The notes: generated from the sequence alone by a model not told the origin. A stretch of 60,000 nt of DNA from Mobula hypostoma (GCF_963921235.1 NC_086109.1:1676001-1736000); one strand, 5' to 3'; counted from the stretch's first letter, positions 24,901-38,800 are shown. Program-made: numbers and translations.

Positions 24901-27488
24901 TGTGATCACTACCTCCAAAATGGTCTCCCAATGAGAGAACTGACACCTGAACAAGTTCATTTCCCAATATCAGATCAAGTACATCCTCTCTTCTAGTTGG
25001 CTTATCTACATATTGCGTCAGGAAAACTCCCTGATCACACCTAACAAAGTCCACCCATCTAAACCTCTTGCTCTAAGGAGATGCCAGTCAATATTGGGAA
25101 TGTAAAAATCACCCATCACAACAACCCTATTATTATTGCACCGTTCCAGAATCTGCCTCCCTCTCTGCTCCTCGACGAAACTGTTACTATTGGCCGGGGG
25201 GGGGGGGCTATAAAAACACTAGTACAGTTATTCCTCCCTTTCTGTTTCTCACTTCCCCCCCCACAATGCCTCAGTAGGGCATCACTCCATGACTTCCTCC
25301 TTTTCTGCAGCCGTGACACTATCTTTGATCAGCAAGGCCACTCCCCCAGCTCTTTTGCCTCCCTCCCTGCCCTTTTTGAAAAGGCTAAAGTCCGACACAC
25401 TCAGCAGCAATTCCTGCCCCTGAGTCATCCAAGTCTCTGTAATGACCACAACATCATAGTTCCATGTATTGATCCACGCTCTAAGTTCATCTACCTTACT
25501 CATGATGCTTCTTGCATGAAAATAGACACATCTCAAAGCAATCTGGCTGAGTGCTTCTTTGCTCTATCATCTGCCTGTCCTTTCTCATAAATTCCCCACA
25601 AGCTGTTACTACTTGTGCGCCAACCGCACCATCACTTCGATTCCCACCTCCTAGAAAATCTAGTTCAAACCCTTCCCAACGGCACTAGCAAACCTCCCTC
25701 CCAGGATATTGGTTCCCCTCCAGTTCAGGTGCAACCCATCCCACTTGTACAGGCCACCCCTTCCCCGGGAAAGCTTCCAATGATCCAAGAACTAGAAACC
25801 CTACTCGCTGCTCCATCTTCTCAGGCACTCATTCGTCTGTGCTATCTTCCTGTTCTGACCTCCCCCAGCACGTGGCACTGGGAGTAATTCGGAGATTATT
25901 GGTCTGGCTGCTGCTGCCTCACCCGGATAGGTCACCCCCCTCAGCAGTATCCAAAGGGGAGAGAGGGGAATGGCCACATGGAGACCCTGCACTGACAACT
26001 TTCTCCCTTTACCTCCCTTGGTGTACCCCCATCTACTCCCTGAATTCTGCACTCTGGGTGTAATCACCTGCTCAAAAGTCGTATTTATCAATTGCTCTGT
26101 CTCCCGGATGATCCTAAGCTCATCCAGTTCCAGCTTCAGCTCCTTAATGGGGTCTTGCATGAGCTGGAGTTGGCTGCACTTCCCACAGGCGTAGTCTATC
26201 AGGTTCCATGAATTCCCACATCCTACGGAGGAGCATTCCACTGGCATATCAGCCATCCTGCCTGCACTGTACAGTCGGCAATTGAGACCAAATCTTCTAA
26301 CCTGTTTCTTTGGCCTCAGCCTCCTCTCGTCGAAGCCTTGAGTCAAAGCCTGATGCTCCTACCCTCACCACTGGCCTGCTCCCAACAATGGCCGCCCCAA
26401 TAGTGGCTGCCCCTCTTGCTCCTTCTGTACTTTGATTTAATTTGCAGTGCCCTGCTCCCTACGCTGATTGGACCTCTAGATTTGTTCAGTCAGGCCAGTT
26501 GTTATTTAGATGTTGCCATTTTATTCTACTCACTTTTTTTCATGACTGTGACTCAGTTACGACTCTGTCTGCTTTTTCCATTGATACAGCAACTTCAATT
26601 GCTCTTTTAGACTTCTGCTTTATTTAGGAACTGTTTTTGTAAGATTCCACAAACTAAACGATTGCTCAGTGTATCATTAAGCTCGGCATTGAACTAACAG
26701 TGCTCGGACAATTTCTCCAATTCAGCCGTGTAAGCTGAAATGGACTCCTCTTCCTTTTAATTCTGCTTGCGAAACCCAAGGCGTTCTTCAGTCAGCAATG
26801 GTTTCAGTTCTAAATGGTCCTACATTCCTCTCATGATAGCAACAAAACTAATTTTGGCTGGTTTGGTTGGAGCTTCTAAGCCAACTATATGCCTTTCCAT
26901 GTACTTCACTCAGCAAAACTGGTACCTGCTTCTCACGGGCTGATTCATCTCCAAGATATTGCTCAGTTCATTCAGTATACATCAATCAGTTCTATGTTGC
27001 ACATCAAATGTACCTTTCTGATGTAGCTAGTCATTTTTGCTTTTTTTTAAAAAAAATTATTATTATCAGCCAGTTATCACTGTTTATGAACTCATAAATT
27101 TCATCCTTTTCTTGCCTTTTTTAAAATTTGACCGACTTTCTCCTCCTGCGAAGAATAAATATACTGCTTTTTTTAAATTAAAACATCTCACCGTGCTATT
27201 TTTAAAAACTCAAATATCTTCAACAGGTGGGTTGTCGTCTGCGGTTTGTTTAAAAAGCCCTCATCACCACTTATGTTTTTGTATCTCCAAAACATAAACC
27301 TAATCGAAAGAGCAACACAGAGCCGGGGACGAATGTATTAACTTCATTTTTACTTTTGTGAGATGTGCATTTATGACATGTCATTCATGTACTTTTACAT
27401 GATTAATATTGAAACAAAGATAGTTTAATCAATATATATGTATATAGACACACACTCACAATATTACTGACATATTAAATACACAACA
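21985..27488 (-). mobile_element. Decayed Gypsy LTR retrotransposon (5' LTR, PBS, gag, protease, start of RT), split by CR1 and Penelope insertions
   Basis: LTR-like 27271-27488 starting TG, followed by a PBS-like TGGTGATGAGG. gag remnant at ~26600-26950 (KPLLTEERLGFRK..ESISAYTAEL..LSEHC..LVCGI). pol remnant at 21990-22400 (ALWGHDW; ATPKFYKA..KVANELDRMEAEGI..WAMPV). Confidence 0.75.
22795..26410 (-). mobile_element. Near full-length decayed CR1 (ORF1 + ORF2)
   Basis: ORF1 zinc-finger/coiled coil at 25801-26346, EN HARSIMSKVDEL..ITETW, RT fragments, 3' UTR tail at 22795. Confidence 0.92.
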
Positions 27489-28719
27489 TCCTTCACTGCC
27501 AGGATGAGTCTAAATACAAACCAGAGGAACAGCACCTCTTGTTCCACCTGTGTTGTCTACAACCCAATGGTACGAACACTGAGTTCTCCAATTTCAGGCT
27601 AACTGCTTCCCCGCTCTCCCACCAACCCGTTTCCACTTTGCCCCAATCCACCCTGTTTTCCTGCCCTCTCCCCAACCCCGCACTCTCTGCCCACGCCAGC
27701 TGCCCATCGCCCACGCGGTACCGATCCACACCCGGAAGCCAGTCTCTTGTGGGCAACGTTGCTCAGCAATGGAACAGGGACAGTACAGTAATGGGAGGCT
27801 CAGTGATTCAGAGGCTGCAATGAGGGGAGCAGCAGGATTTCGAGGACCTGTCCTTGGAAGAACTTCTATTTCTGGAGGCTGCCTGTGTGGGACATGGGGA
27901 GAGGGGTCAGTGGACACAGTAAGAATCCAGTTTGAATTCTTCATCAGCACAGTGATGACCCCTTCACTGATGAGGGAGCATATCATCACCAGAATCTCTG
28001 GACTACCCTTACCCTCTTTCTTGCTGTCCTCATGAGGTTCTCTGAATCCTCCTTTCCCTGCCCCATCCTGCCCTCTCCCAATATCAACCTCCCCACGTTC
28101 CCCCTCCTCTTTTCTCCCTCTCCCCCATCATTTTCTGTTCCTTTTCCACCTGTATTGCTCCTCCTTCATTTTTTCCTGCCCTCCATGTCGCTGTCTTCCC
28201 AGTTCCCTTCACTCCCCTCTCCCTCCCTTGTTTCTTGATCACTCTTTTTGGTGCCCTTTTCCTTTCCTCTTTTCCCGTGGTATTCAATGCCATGACTATG
28301 GAGGGTAAGTGTGCCAAGCAAATCTGTTTAACTGCGTCACTATTTCCAGAAGACAATGCATTTATACCCCGAAGTCTCTCTGGTCTGCATCACTCTGAAG
28401 GGCCCTGCCATATACTGTGCATGTCCTGCCATAGTTCAATTTACCTAAGTCCAATACTCCTCCCTGATCTGAGTTACAGTAAATACCATGTCTCATTTTT
28501 CCTGTTAATCTGGATTATTTTGTAATCCTGCATACAGTTATTCACTGTCTACTAATTGTGCAAATATACACTGTCACCAATTGTGTTGTAATCAACAAAC
28601 TTAATAATAAAGCCAATTACATTCTCAACTGTTAATATTTATGACAAACAACAGAGGACACGGCACCACTCCTTACAGCACTCAACACATCACATGCCTC
28701 CAATCTGAAAAACAAAGCT

Positions 28720-29580
28720 GCATTAGCATGCTTACCTCAATAGGTCTACAGTCGATGAAATCTCTTTGGCTGTCCATGCGACCTTGGATCAACTGGACAA
28801 TACAAATACTTGTGTTGTGATGCTGTTTATTGACTACAGCTCAGCGTTTAACACCATCATTCTGTCACGCACCCTGTGACGGGAATAAAGAACCAGCAGA
28901 AATGGAAAATATTTTAGAGTCTGATATTGCTATTAACTAATACTATTTATTAGTAACTACGCAATACAGTAATATAAAATCAGATATATTAAACAGGTTA
29001 AAAATGAATATATATATAAGTGTGGAAATAGAAAAACCAAACTTCTTCAAGCCCAGGGGTAAATGGATACAGTCTTACGATGATGAGTAAAGTTCAGTTC
29101 AGTTTGTGGTATTGAGTTGAGTAGTGATGGAGAGAGAGAGAGGTTTTGGTCTTCAGGTGAGCTGACACCGTCGATCTTCTTGTTGTCCTCCGAAGTCCTT
29201 TAGAAGTCACTGACTGTGACCAAAACATAAAAGACCATTCTTCTGTGGTGGAATTATCAACCCAGGCGAGGGTTGAACACACAAATAACTCCCCACCGGC
29301 CACACCTTTTCCACACTGCGAGAGCCACTGATCTCCTGATTGATCCTCCAAAACCCACCTTTCTGTGGGCACAACAAAGCTCATCCAGTGTCCAAAACCA
29401 TGTGTCTGTGTGACTACCAGCTGACCTATTTATCTCACCATGCTGAACACCAGCGGTCCATCAAGTCGCTCCTCCCTTCTCTCTGTGTAGGAACACAGAA
29501 GCTGCCAGTGTCCTTGCAAAAGTGTAAACATGCTGCAGAGAAACCATACCACCATCTCAAAGCAGTCTTTGCCCCTCCAC

Positions 29581-29634
<54 letters not shown>

Positions 29635-30790
29635 TAAAAAGGTTCTTGTGTTGAAAAACTCTCTCTCTCTTTTTTAAAGGTATAGTCCATAAAAAAATTA
29701 CCCCTAGGGGGTACATAACAATTCCTACAGTTCTGATTGAAAAGCTCCAGAGTCAGGGTCTCTGTATCTCCCTCTGCAATTGGATCCTTGGCTTCCTCAC
29801 TGAGAGACCACAATCTGTGCAGATGGGAAATAACTTCTCTATCTCGCTGACGATCCACACTGGCACACCTCAGTGCTTAACCCACTGCTCTGCTCTCTCT
29901 ACATCCATGACTGTGTGGCCAGGCACAGCTCAAATGCCACCTATAAACTTGCTGATGATACAACCATTGCTGGCAGAATTTCAGACGGTGATGAGGGGGC
30001 GTACACGAGCAAGATATGCCAACTAGCTGTGTGGAGTTGCAGAAACAACTTTGCACCCAGTGTCAGTAAGACCAAAGAACTGATTGTGGACCTCGGAAAG
30101 CGTAAGATGAGGGAACACACACCGGTCCTCTTAGAGGGATCAGAAGTGGAGGGAGTGAGCAGTTTCAAGTTCCTGGGTGTCAATATCTCTGAGGATTTAA
30201 CCTGAACCCAACATACCGATGCAGGCATAAAGAAGGCAAGGCAGTGGCTATATTTCATTAGGAGTTTGTGGAGATTTGGTTTGTCAACTAAAACACTCGA
30301 ATACTTGTACAAGTGTATCGTGGAGAGCATTCTGATTGGCTGCATCACTAACTGGTATGGGGGTGGGGGCAGCTACCTCACAGGATCAAAGTGAGCTGCA
30401 GAGAGTTGTAAAATTACTTAGCTCTATCTAGCCTCCACAGTATCCAGGACATCTTCAAGGAGCGATGCCTCAAAAGGGTGACATCTATCATCAAGGATCC
30501 CCATCACCTCTGACATGCCATGCCCTCTTCCCATTGCTACCATCAGGAAGGAGGTACAAAAGCCTGAAGGCACACACTCAAGGCACTCTCTGTCATCCGA
30601 TTTCTGAATGGACATTGAACCCATGGACACTGCCTCACTACTTTTTCTATTTTTTTTACTCTACTTATTTAACTTAACTGTTTAATATATATATGTACTA
30701 TTTTTTCTCTTTATTATTATACATTGGATTGTACTGCCGTAAAGTTAACAAACTTCACAGCATATGCTGGTGATATTAAACCTGATTCTG
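28720..30790 (+). mobile_element. Rex1/Babar LINE 3' half, interrupted by a solo LTR
   Basis: [14 protein letters not shown] | [39 protein letters not shown]; tail aaacctgattctga. Confidence 0.88.
28863..29720. mobile_element. Solo LTR (858 bp), Gypsy/ERV type
   Basis: Termini TGTCAC...ATAACA; 4-bp TSD ATTC at 28859-28862 and 29721-29724. Removing it restores the Rex1 frame. Contains a (CT)n tract. Confidence 0.85.
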
Positions 30791-32507
30791 ATCTGCCACC
30801 AACATGGAACAATTTTGTATCCATTTGTCAACCATACTTGAGTCTCGAGAGATCACTGTAGTTTTCGTGTCATTTTCTGCAGTTTGGATGGTGACACTGT
30901 CTCGGAGTACTGCCCAATACTGAGGCTGTTCCCCAAGGAGAAGCCCTCTACTGCCAGGACTTGATGTCTTCGGATACTGCTTCAGTTTACTTTTTAGCCC
31001 TGATTCAATTGCACTTATCATGTTTTTTCACTCATTCAGTAAGGCAAAGATTTGTTCTTTAGACTTTTTACTGTTTTTGTATTTTATCACGTTTTCCAGT
31101 CCTATCCCAATTGACCAGTTTACTTTTTCACTTGCTCCATAAACATTTTTCACTAGTTCACACTTTTGATCAAATTGACCACGTGTTCATAATTTCAACT
31201 CACATAGAATCAGGTTTTGTATCCTTTCCCTCAGGTATTTTGTGATTCTTATAACATGCCTTCATAATAGATTCAACATTGATGGTATCTTTTATCCAGA
31301 TTTTTTCATTAATCTCATCAAATTGGAATATTTTATTCAGGTGAAAACTCAAAGCCTCAGTAATCTGTTCACAAATAACTACTGGAGATTCAGCTCCTCC
31401 TTTTCCTGCAGTTGGTTACCCCACTTCAAATTATCTTAATTTGCTCTTCTATATTTGCACATACTTTTTAATCACTTGCACTGAGGCCAACATACCATTG
31501 GATTGCATCAAAATATTATTGGATTGCAATCAAAATGTTGTAGGATTGTGATCGGAATTTTATTTTAGGATTACAGTCGAAAAATTGGAAAATTGCAATT
31601 GGAAATCAGTAGGATTGCATTTGGAATTTTTGTGGGATTGCAATTAATATATTATTGGTTTGCAAGCGACAAAATTTTTCCCTCTGGATTGCAATCTAAA
31701 TGTTTGTTTAAGAACTAGATTACAACCAGAAGATTTCTTAGCTACTTCACCAGTTTGTGGAACAGCCTTTTCCAGCATAGCAACATAAAATAGTTTCCCT
31801 TCATTCTTAAACTTCCACTCGTACTGAAGCAAGAACCAACCATCATTTGGGCAATTGGGAAAGGAAGTTCGAAACCTTTAGCAAAGAGCTTTGGGTCGAA
31901 ATGTCGACTGTGCTTTTTTCCATGGATAATGTCTGGCTTGCTGAGTTCCTCCAGCATTTTGTGTGTGTTGCTTGGACTTTCAGCATCTACAGATTTTTTC
32001 TTGTTTAGGAAAGGAGCCTGCTTTTTAAATATGTCTGCCAAAAGTTTTCGCTTTGGTGTTCTTCTGAGTGCCAGATGTGTCAGTATTACAGAGGAGTAAA
32101 GGGAATTACAGAGGCATGAGACAGGAGTTGGCCAGAGTTGATTGGAAGGAGACACTAGCAGGAATAACAGCAGAAGAGCAATGGCTGGTGTTTATGGGGG
32201 AAGGTCAGAAGGTGCAGGATAGATACATTACCAAAATGAAGTATTCTAAAGGAACGATGGCACAACCATGGCTGACAAAGGAAGTCAAAGACACCATAAA
32301 GACATAAAAGAGGTCTTATATTATTGCAAGAATTCGTGGAAAGTTCGATGATTGAGAATTAAGAAGCTTTTGAAAACCGATAGAAGGGAACTAAAAAGCC
32401 ATAAGGAGAGAAAAGCTGAAATATGAAGGTAAGCTCCCAATAATAGAATCAATAAAAAAACAAATTTTTTTCAGATATACGAAGACAAAAAGAGAGGTGA
32501 GAGTGGA

Positions 32508-33027
32508 CACGAGGAAATCTGCAGATGCTGGAAATTCACACACAAAAGATGCTGGTGGAATGCAGCAGACCAGGCAGCATCTATAGGAAGGGGTATAGAC
32601 GACGTTTCGGCCAGGACCCTTTGTCAGGACTAACTGAAAGAAGAGATAGTAAGAGATTTGAAAGTAGGAGGGAGAGGGGGAGATCCAAAATGATAGGAGA
32701 AGACAGGAAAGGGAGGTGTGGGTCTAAGAGCTGGAAAGTTGATTGGCAAAAGGGATACAAGGCTGGAGAAGGGAGAGGATCATAGGACAGGAGGCCTGGG
32801 GAGAGAGAGAAGGGGGGAGGGGAGCCCAGAGGGTGGAGAGCAGGCAAGGAGTTATAGTGAGAGGGACAGAGGGAGAAAAAAGAGAGAGAAAAAGGGGGGG
32901 GGGAGAATAAAAAATATATTAAATAAATAAATAAGGGATGGCGTGTGAAGGGGAGGAAGGGCATTAACGGAAGTTAGAGAAGTCAATATTCATGCCATCA
33001 GGTTGGAGGCTACCCAGATGGAATATA
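32508..33027 (-). mobile_element. Truncated Penelope element with 11-bp TSD
   Basis: GSLQPDGMNIDFSNFR* plus pLTR-like tail; GTGAGAGTGGA duplicated at 32497-32507 and 33035-33045. Confidence 0.88.
32597..32631 (-). ncRNA. Mutated minimal hammerhead ribozyme (core CUGACAA, G8 to A)
   Basis: AGTC CTGACAA AGGGTCCTGGCC GAAA CGTC GTCT. Confidence 0.65.
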
Positions 33028-34779
33028 GTGATAAGTGAGAGTGGATATTGGACCACTGAAAAATGATGCTGGAGAGGTAGTAATAAGGGGCAAAGAAATG
33101 ACAAACAAATTTAAAAGGTATTTTGTGTCAGTCTTCACTGTGAAAGACACTAACAATATATCAGAAGTTTGAGAGTGTCAAGGGGCAGAAGTGAGTGCAG
33201 TTGCTGTTACTCAGGAGAAGGTGCTTGGGAAGCTTAAAGGTCTGAAGGTAGATACATGGACCAGATGGACTACACCCTAGAGTTCTGAAAGAGGTGGCTG
33301 AAGAGATTGAAAAGGCAAATGTTGCAATCTTTCAAGAATCACTAGATTCTGGAATGGTTCTGGAAATCTGAAAATTTGAAAATGTCACTCCGCTATTTAA
33401 GGGAGGCAGAAGAAAGGAATTTATAGGCCAGTAAGGCGGACTTTAGTGGTTGGGAAGATGTTGGAGTCCGTTATTAACAATGAGGTTTCAGGGTACTTGG
33501 AGGCACATGATAAAGTAGGCCAAAGTCAACCTCGTTTCCTTAAGAGGAAATCTTTCCTGACAAATCCATTGGAATTCTTTGAGGAAATAACGTGCAGGGT
33601 GGACAAAAGATAGTATGTGAACGATACTTACTTGGATCTTCAGAAGGCTTTTAAAGGTGTTGCACATGAGATAACTTAAGATAAGTCTGTGGTGTTACAG
33701 GAAAAATTCTAGCATGGATAGAAGATTGGTTGACTGGCTGGAGAGAAATAGTGGGAATAAATGGGGACTTTTCTGGTTGGCTGCCAGTCACTAGTGGTAT
33801 TCTGCAGGGGGCGGTGTTGGGTCCACTACTTTTCATGTTATATGTTAATGATCTAGATGACTGAATTGATGACTTTGTGACCAATCGTATGGATGAAACA
33901 AAGATAGTTGGAGGGGCTGTTTTGGAAAGATTAGGAGAATGGGCAAAGAAGTGGCAGAGGGAATATAGTGTAGCGAAGTGTGTAATCATGCACCTTAGAT
34001 TATTTTCTGAGCAGGGAGAAAATTCAACAATCAGAGTTGCAAAAGGAACTGAGAGTCTTATGCAGGATTTCCTAAAGATTAACATGCAGCTTGGGTCGTT
34101 GGTGAGGAAGGCAAGTGTAATGTTGATGTTCATTTTAAGCGGACTAGACTATAAGAGCATGAGAGTAATGTTGCAGCTTTATAATGCATTGGTGAGACTG
34201 CACTGGAGTATTGGGAGCAGCTTGGAGCCCCCATCTAAGAAAAAAAACATTCTAGCTTTGGAGAGGGTCTAGAGGAGTTTCACGAGAATGATACCAGGAA
34301 TGGAAAGGTTAACATAGGAGGAGGGTTTGATGGCTCTAGGCCTGTGTTTGCTGGAGTTTAGAAGATTGAGGGGGATTTCATTGAAATCTGTTGAATGTTG
34401 AAAGGCCTGGATAGAGTAGATGCAGAGAGGATATTTCATATATTGGGTGTATCTCAGACTAGAGGGCACAGCCTCAAAATAAAGGGTCATCTATTTAGAA
34501 CAGAGATAAAGAAGTATTTCTTTAGCCAGTGAGTGGTGAATCTGTGGAATTCATTGCTACAGACAACTGTGACAGCCAAATCATTGAATATACTTAAAGC
34601 AGAGGTTTGATAGGTTCATGGTTAGGAGGGGCATTAAAAGTTACGGGTGAAAGCAAGAGATTGGAGTTGAGAGGGATAATAAATCAGCCACGATGAACCC
34701 AATGGGCTGTTCCTGTCTCTCTTGGTCTTATGGTCTTAACTTGAAACTGCTCACCCTTTCCACTGCTTGATTTAATAAG

Positions 34780-35260
34780 CAAAAGAGCTGGCTACTGACT
34801 TCAGGAAGGAGACAGTGCACATGTTCCAGTCTAAATCAATGGTGCTGAATCTGAAAGGGTTGAGTGAGAGCTTCAAGTTCCTTGGAATGAACGTAACCAA
34901 TATCCTGTCCCAGTTTAACCATATGGATGCCACTGCCAAGAAAGCCCACCTATGCTTCCTTAGGTGATTAAAGAAATTTGGCATGCCATTTTAACCCGGA
35001 CCAAATGTTATCGATGCACATATCTGAATCCATCACGGCTTGGTGTGGCAACTGCTCTGTCCATGACTGGACTGCAAGGTGTCTAGACACAGCTCACTAC
35101 ATCACATGAACCAGGCTCCTCTCTACGAACTCTGTCTATACTTCCTACTGCTTCAGTAAGCCCCACTCGGGAGTTCTCCCTTCCCCTCTCTCCAATCAGG
35201 CAGAAGGTACAGAAGTCTGAAAGCACCAGGCTCAGCGACTGCTTCTACCCTGTTAATGTC
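34780..35260 (+). mobile_element. Old Rex1-type 3' fragment
   Basis: KELATDFRK..SFKFLGMNVT..KKAHL..KKFG remnant. Confidence 0.7.
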
Positions 35261-35369
35261 ATCACCATCACCATCACTACGTACACACAAAATACTCTGC
35301 AGATGCTGGGGTCAAAGCAACACTCACTACACGCTGGAGGAACTCAGCAGGTCGGGCAGCATCCGCGTG

Positions 35370-35720
35370 CTGTGTGGTGTGACGTGGGTGATCATGGTCT
35401 CATGACCATGATTGCTCTTGCCAAATTTTTCTACAGAGGTGGTCTGCCATTGCCTTCTTTACAAGACAGGTGACCCCAGCCATGATCAATACTCCAGAGC
35501 TTGTCTGCCTGGTGCCAGTGGTCACATAACCAGGACTTGTGATATGCACCGGCCGATCATACAACCATCCACCACTTGTTCCCATGCTTCACATGACCCT
35601 GATTTGGGGGGAGGTGGGGGTGTTGTTTAAGCAGGTGCGACACCTTGCCTAAGGATGACCTGCAGGCTAGCGGAGGGAAGGAGTGCCTTACACCTCCTTT
35701 GAGAGAGACATATCTCCACC
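35370..35720 (-). mobile_element. RTE-related 3' end or SINE (shorter copy at ~47030-47150, +)
   Basis: gaaggcaatggcagaccacctctgtagaaaaatttggcaagagcaatcatgg motif, characteristic of RTE/BovB-type tails. Confidence 0.55.
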
Positions 35721-35857
35721 CTATCACCCCTGTTGTTGTAAGACTATAAAATTGTTCCCCAAGATGGACCTTGACTTCATGATCTACCTCCTTGTGACCT
35801 TGCGCCTTACTGACTACCCACAATGCACTTTCTATGTAGCTGTTACTCTTTATTTAA

Positions 35858-38800
35858 ATGAAGATGGTGCCGGTAACTGGCAACTTTGTGCGTGCTCTCC
35901 CGAGCACACTGCTCTCTCCACTATCCTATACCCGAGAAACCCTTCTACACCTCCAATCTGCTACATCTAGCAAGATCAACAACACCCTGGTGTAGCTACT
36001 GACCCAGCTGGAGACCACTGTGCCAGAATTGCTTCTTAAACTCCGGACCGCACCTGGACCTGAGCAACGAGGCGCACCACGTTCCCGGAGACCCACGGTC
36101 TGCTACCGTGCCGGAGCGCTTGGAGACACGGCCCATTCTGACCAGCACCTCTCCGGAGCAGACGACCACACAGAAGTGACGGCGGAGACTTCAAGGTGCC
36201 CCAGGCGCTTCCCTGGAGTGACCACCGTAAAGCCCCATTGGTGGCCATCCACAGCTGCTGGAAGTGAGGCCTCCGCCATCAACCTCGGAAATCGAGCCCG
36301 AGGCTCGGCTGGAGCGGAGGCCTCCGCAACTGTGACTCGGTTTACAGACTTGTTTCAGCCAGGAGCCCGGCCCTCCGGGTTTCAGTGTCGGCTTCGGGGC
36401 CCGACCCAATCGACAGCCCGGGCCCCCGGCAGCGGAGCCCCCCCCCCGGTCACTCGGCCCGACCCGGAGTGCCCAACGATGTGACCGGCTGATTGATCCC
36501 CGTGGGACACGTCCACCAACCTCAAAGAGCTGACAACAACACACTGCATCGATGGAAACCTGGAAAGATGCACTATTTACCGAGGAAACGTGGGAAAAGA
36601 GCTGGGCTGCTGGTCAGATTGAAGCTGAGGGGCTTCAGGGTCCCTATGCCCACTATCCTACTAGCTAATGTGAAAGCCATAGAGAAAAAGGTGGATGATC
36701 TTAAAGGGAGACTCACCTACTGCAGGGAGATGCAGAACTGCTGTGTATTCTGTTTCACCGAGACCTGGCTCTCCCCTGCCATCCCCAGCTGTGCCATCTG
36801 ACCAGAGGGATTTTCGATCCATCGGATGGACCGCACGGCATCTTCGGGCAAGACGAGGGGAGGTGGTGTCTGCCTACTGATCAACATTGTGTGGTGCTCG
36901 GACAAAGTGGCACTGACAAGCTCCTGCAGCCCAGACCTGGAACACCTGTCGGTGAAGTGTCGTCCCTACTATCTGCCAGGGGAATTCACCTCGGTCATAC
37001 TGACAGCGGTCTACATTCCCCCCAGGCGGACGTGGAGTGTGCTCTGAACATACTGTATGCCAACATCGGTGAACTTGAGACCAGGTATCCGGAGGATTTG
37101 CTCATTACAGCCGGAGACTTTAACCAGGCCAACCTCAGAAAGGCGCTGCCAAAGTTATACCAACATGTCTCCTGCCCCACTAGAGGCCCGAATATACTTG
37201 ACCACTGCTACACAGCAGTCAAGGATGCCTACCGTTCCGTCCCACGACCTCACTTCGGAAAATCGGACCATCAGGCTGTACTCCTCCTCCCGGCTTACAA
37301 ACAGAAACTGAAGCGCGAGGTCACGGTGTCAAAAGTGGTGTCGCGTTGGACGGAGGAAACGGATGAGGTCCTCCGTGACTGTTTTGAATCAGTGGACTGG
37401 TTAGTATTCAAGGACTCGGCAGCTAACCTCGATGAGTATCCCTCAGCTGTCACAGACTTTATTTGGAAATGCACGAAGGACTGTGTGTCTCACAAGACAA
37501 TCCGGGTATTCCCTAACCGGAAACCTTGGATGAATTATGAGGTCAAGTCCCTTTCAAGTCTGCGGCTTTTAAGTCCGGGGATACCAGTTACTACATGAAA
37601 TCAAGGCGTGAACTCCGGACAGCCATTAAGGGCGCCAAGAGGCAATATCGAGCCAAGTTGGAAGCCCAGGCTAACCAGAGGGATGCCAGTAGACGATGGC
37701 AGGGTCTAAATGAGATCACTGGGCGCAAAGAAAAGGCTGGGAATATCAATAACTGTGGCGCTTCTCTTCCTGACGAACTTAACGTATTCTACGCAAGATT
37801 CGAACAGAAGAGGAGCGTCCCGCTCCCTCCGGATGAACCGGACCTGGTGGCATCGAGATTCATCGTCACCGAGGAGGACGTTAGAAGGGCCTTCCTAAAG
37901 ATAAATCCAAGGAAGGCGACAGGCCCAGATGGCGTCCCAGGATGGGTTCGCCGGGCCTGTGCAAGCGAGCTAGCTGGAGTGTTTGCTGACACCTTCAACT
38001 GCTCCTTGCTTTAGTCTAAGATCCCCTCGTGTTTTAAGAAGGCAACAATAATCCCAGTACCGAAGAAGAGCAAGGTGGCATGCCTGAATGACTATCGACC
38101 TGTGGCTCTGACATCAATTGCTATGAAGTGCTTCGAGAGATTGGTTATGACACACATCAACCACAGCCTACCGGTCAACCTCGACGCTTTGCAATTCACC
38201 TACCGGAGCAACAGGTCAATGGCAGATGCCATCTCTCTGGCCCTACATTCCTCCTTAGAACACCTGGAGAATAAAGACACGTACGTAAGGCTCCTTTTCA
38301 TTGACTACAGCTCTGCCTTTAATACCATCATTCCAAATAAACTGATTCCTAAGCTCCGGAACCTGGGCCTTAGCACTCAGATCTGCAGCTGGATCTTCAA
38401 CTTCCTTACAGACAGGATCCAGGCTGTAAAAATAGGGGACAAGCTCTCCTCTACAATCACTCTGAGCATCGGTGCCCCATAAGGCTGTGTACTCAGCCCC
38501 CTGCTGTACTCACTGTACACCCATGATTGTGTAGCCAAGTTTCCATTGAACTCAATATAAAAGTTTGCTGATGACACAACAATTGTGGGCTGTATCTCGG
38601 GTAATGAGATCGAGTACAGAGAAGAAATTAAGAACCTGGTGGCATAGTGCGAAGACAATAACCTATCCCTCAACGTCAGCAAGACGAAGGAATTGGTTGT
38701 TGACTTCAGAAGGAGTAGCGGATCGCACGACCCCATTTACATTGATGGTGCGCAAGTGGAACAGGTCAAAAGCTTTTAAGTTCCTCGGGGTCAATATCAC

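Larger units (their letters stand above)
32070..34738 (+). mobile_element. Decayed CR1 ORF2, interrupted by Penelope
   Basis: KGNYRGMRQELARVDWK..PWLTKEV, RT remnants, tcttatgg tail; similar to the 9325-11790 copy. Confidence 0.9.
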
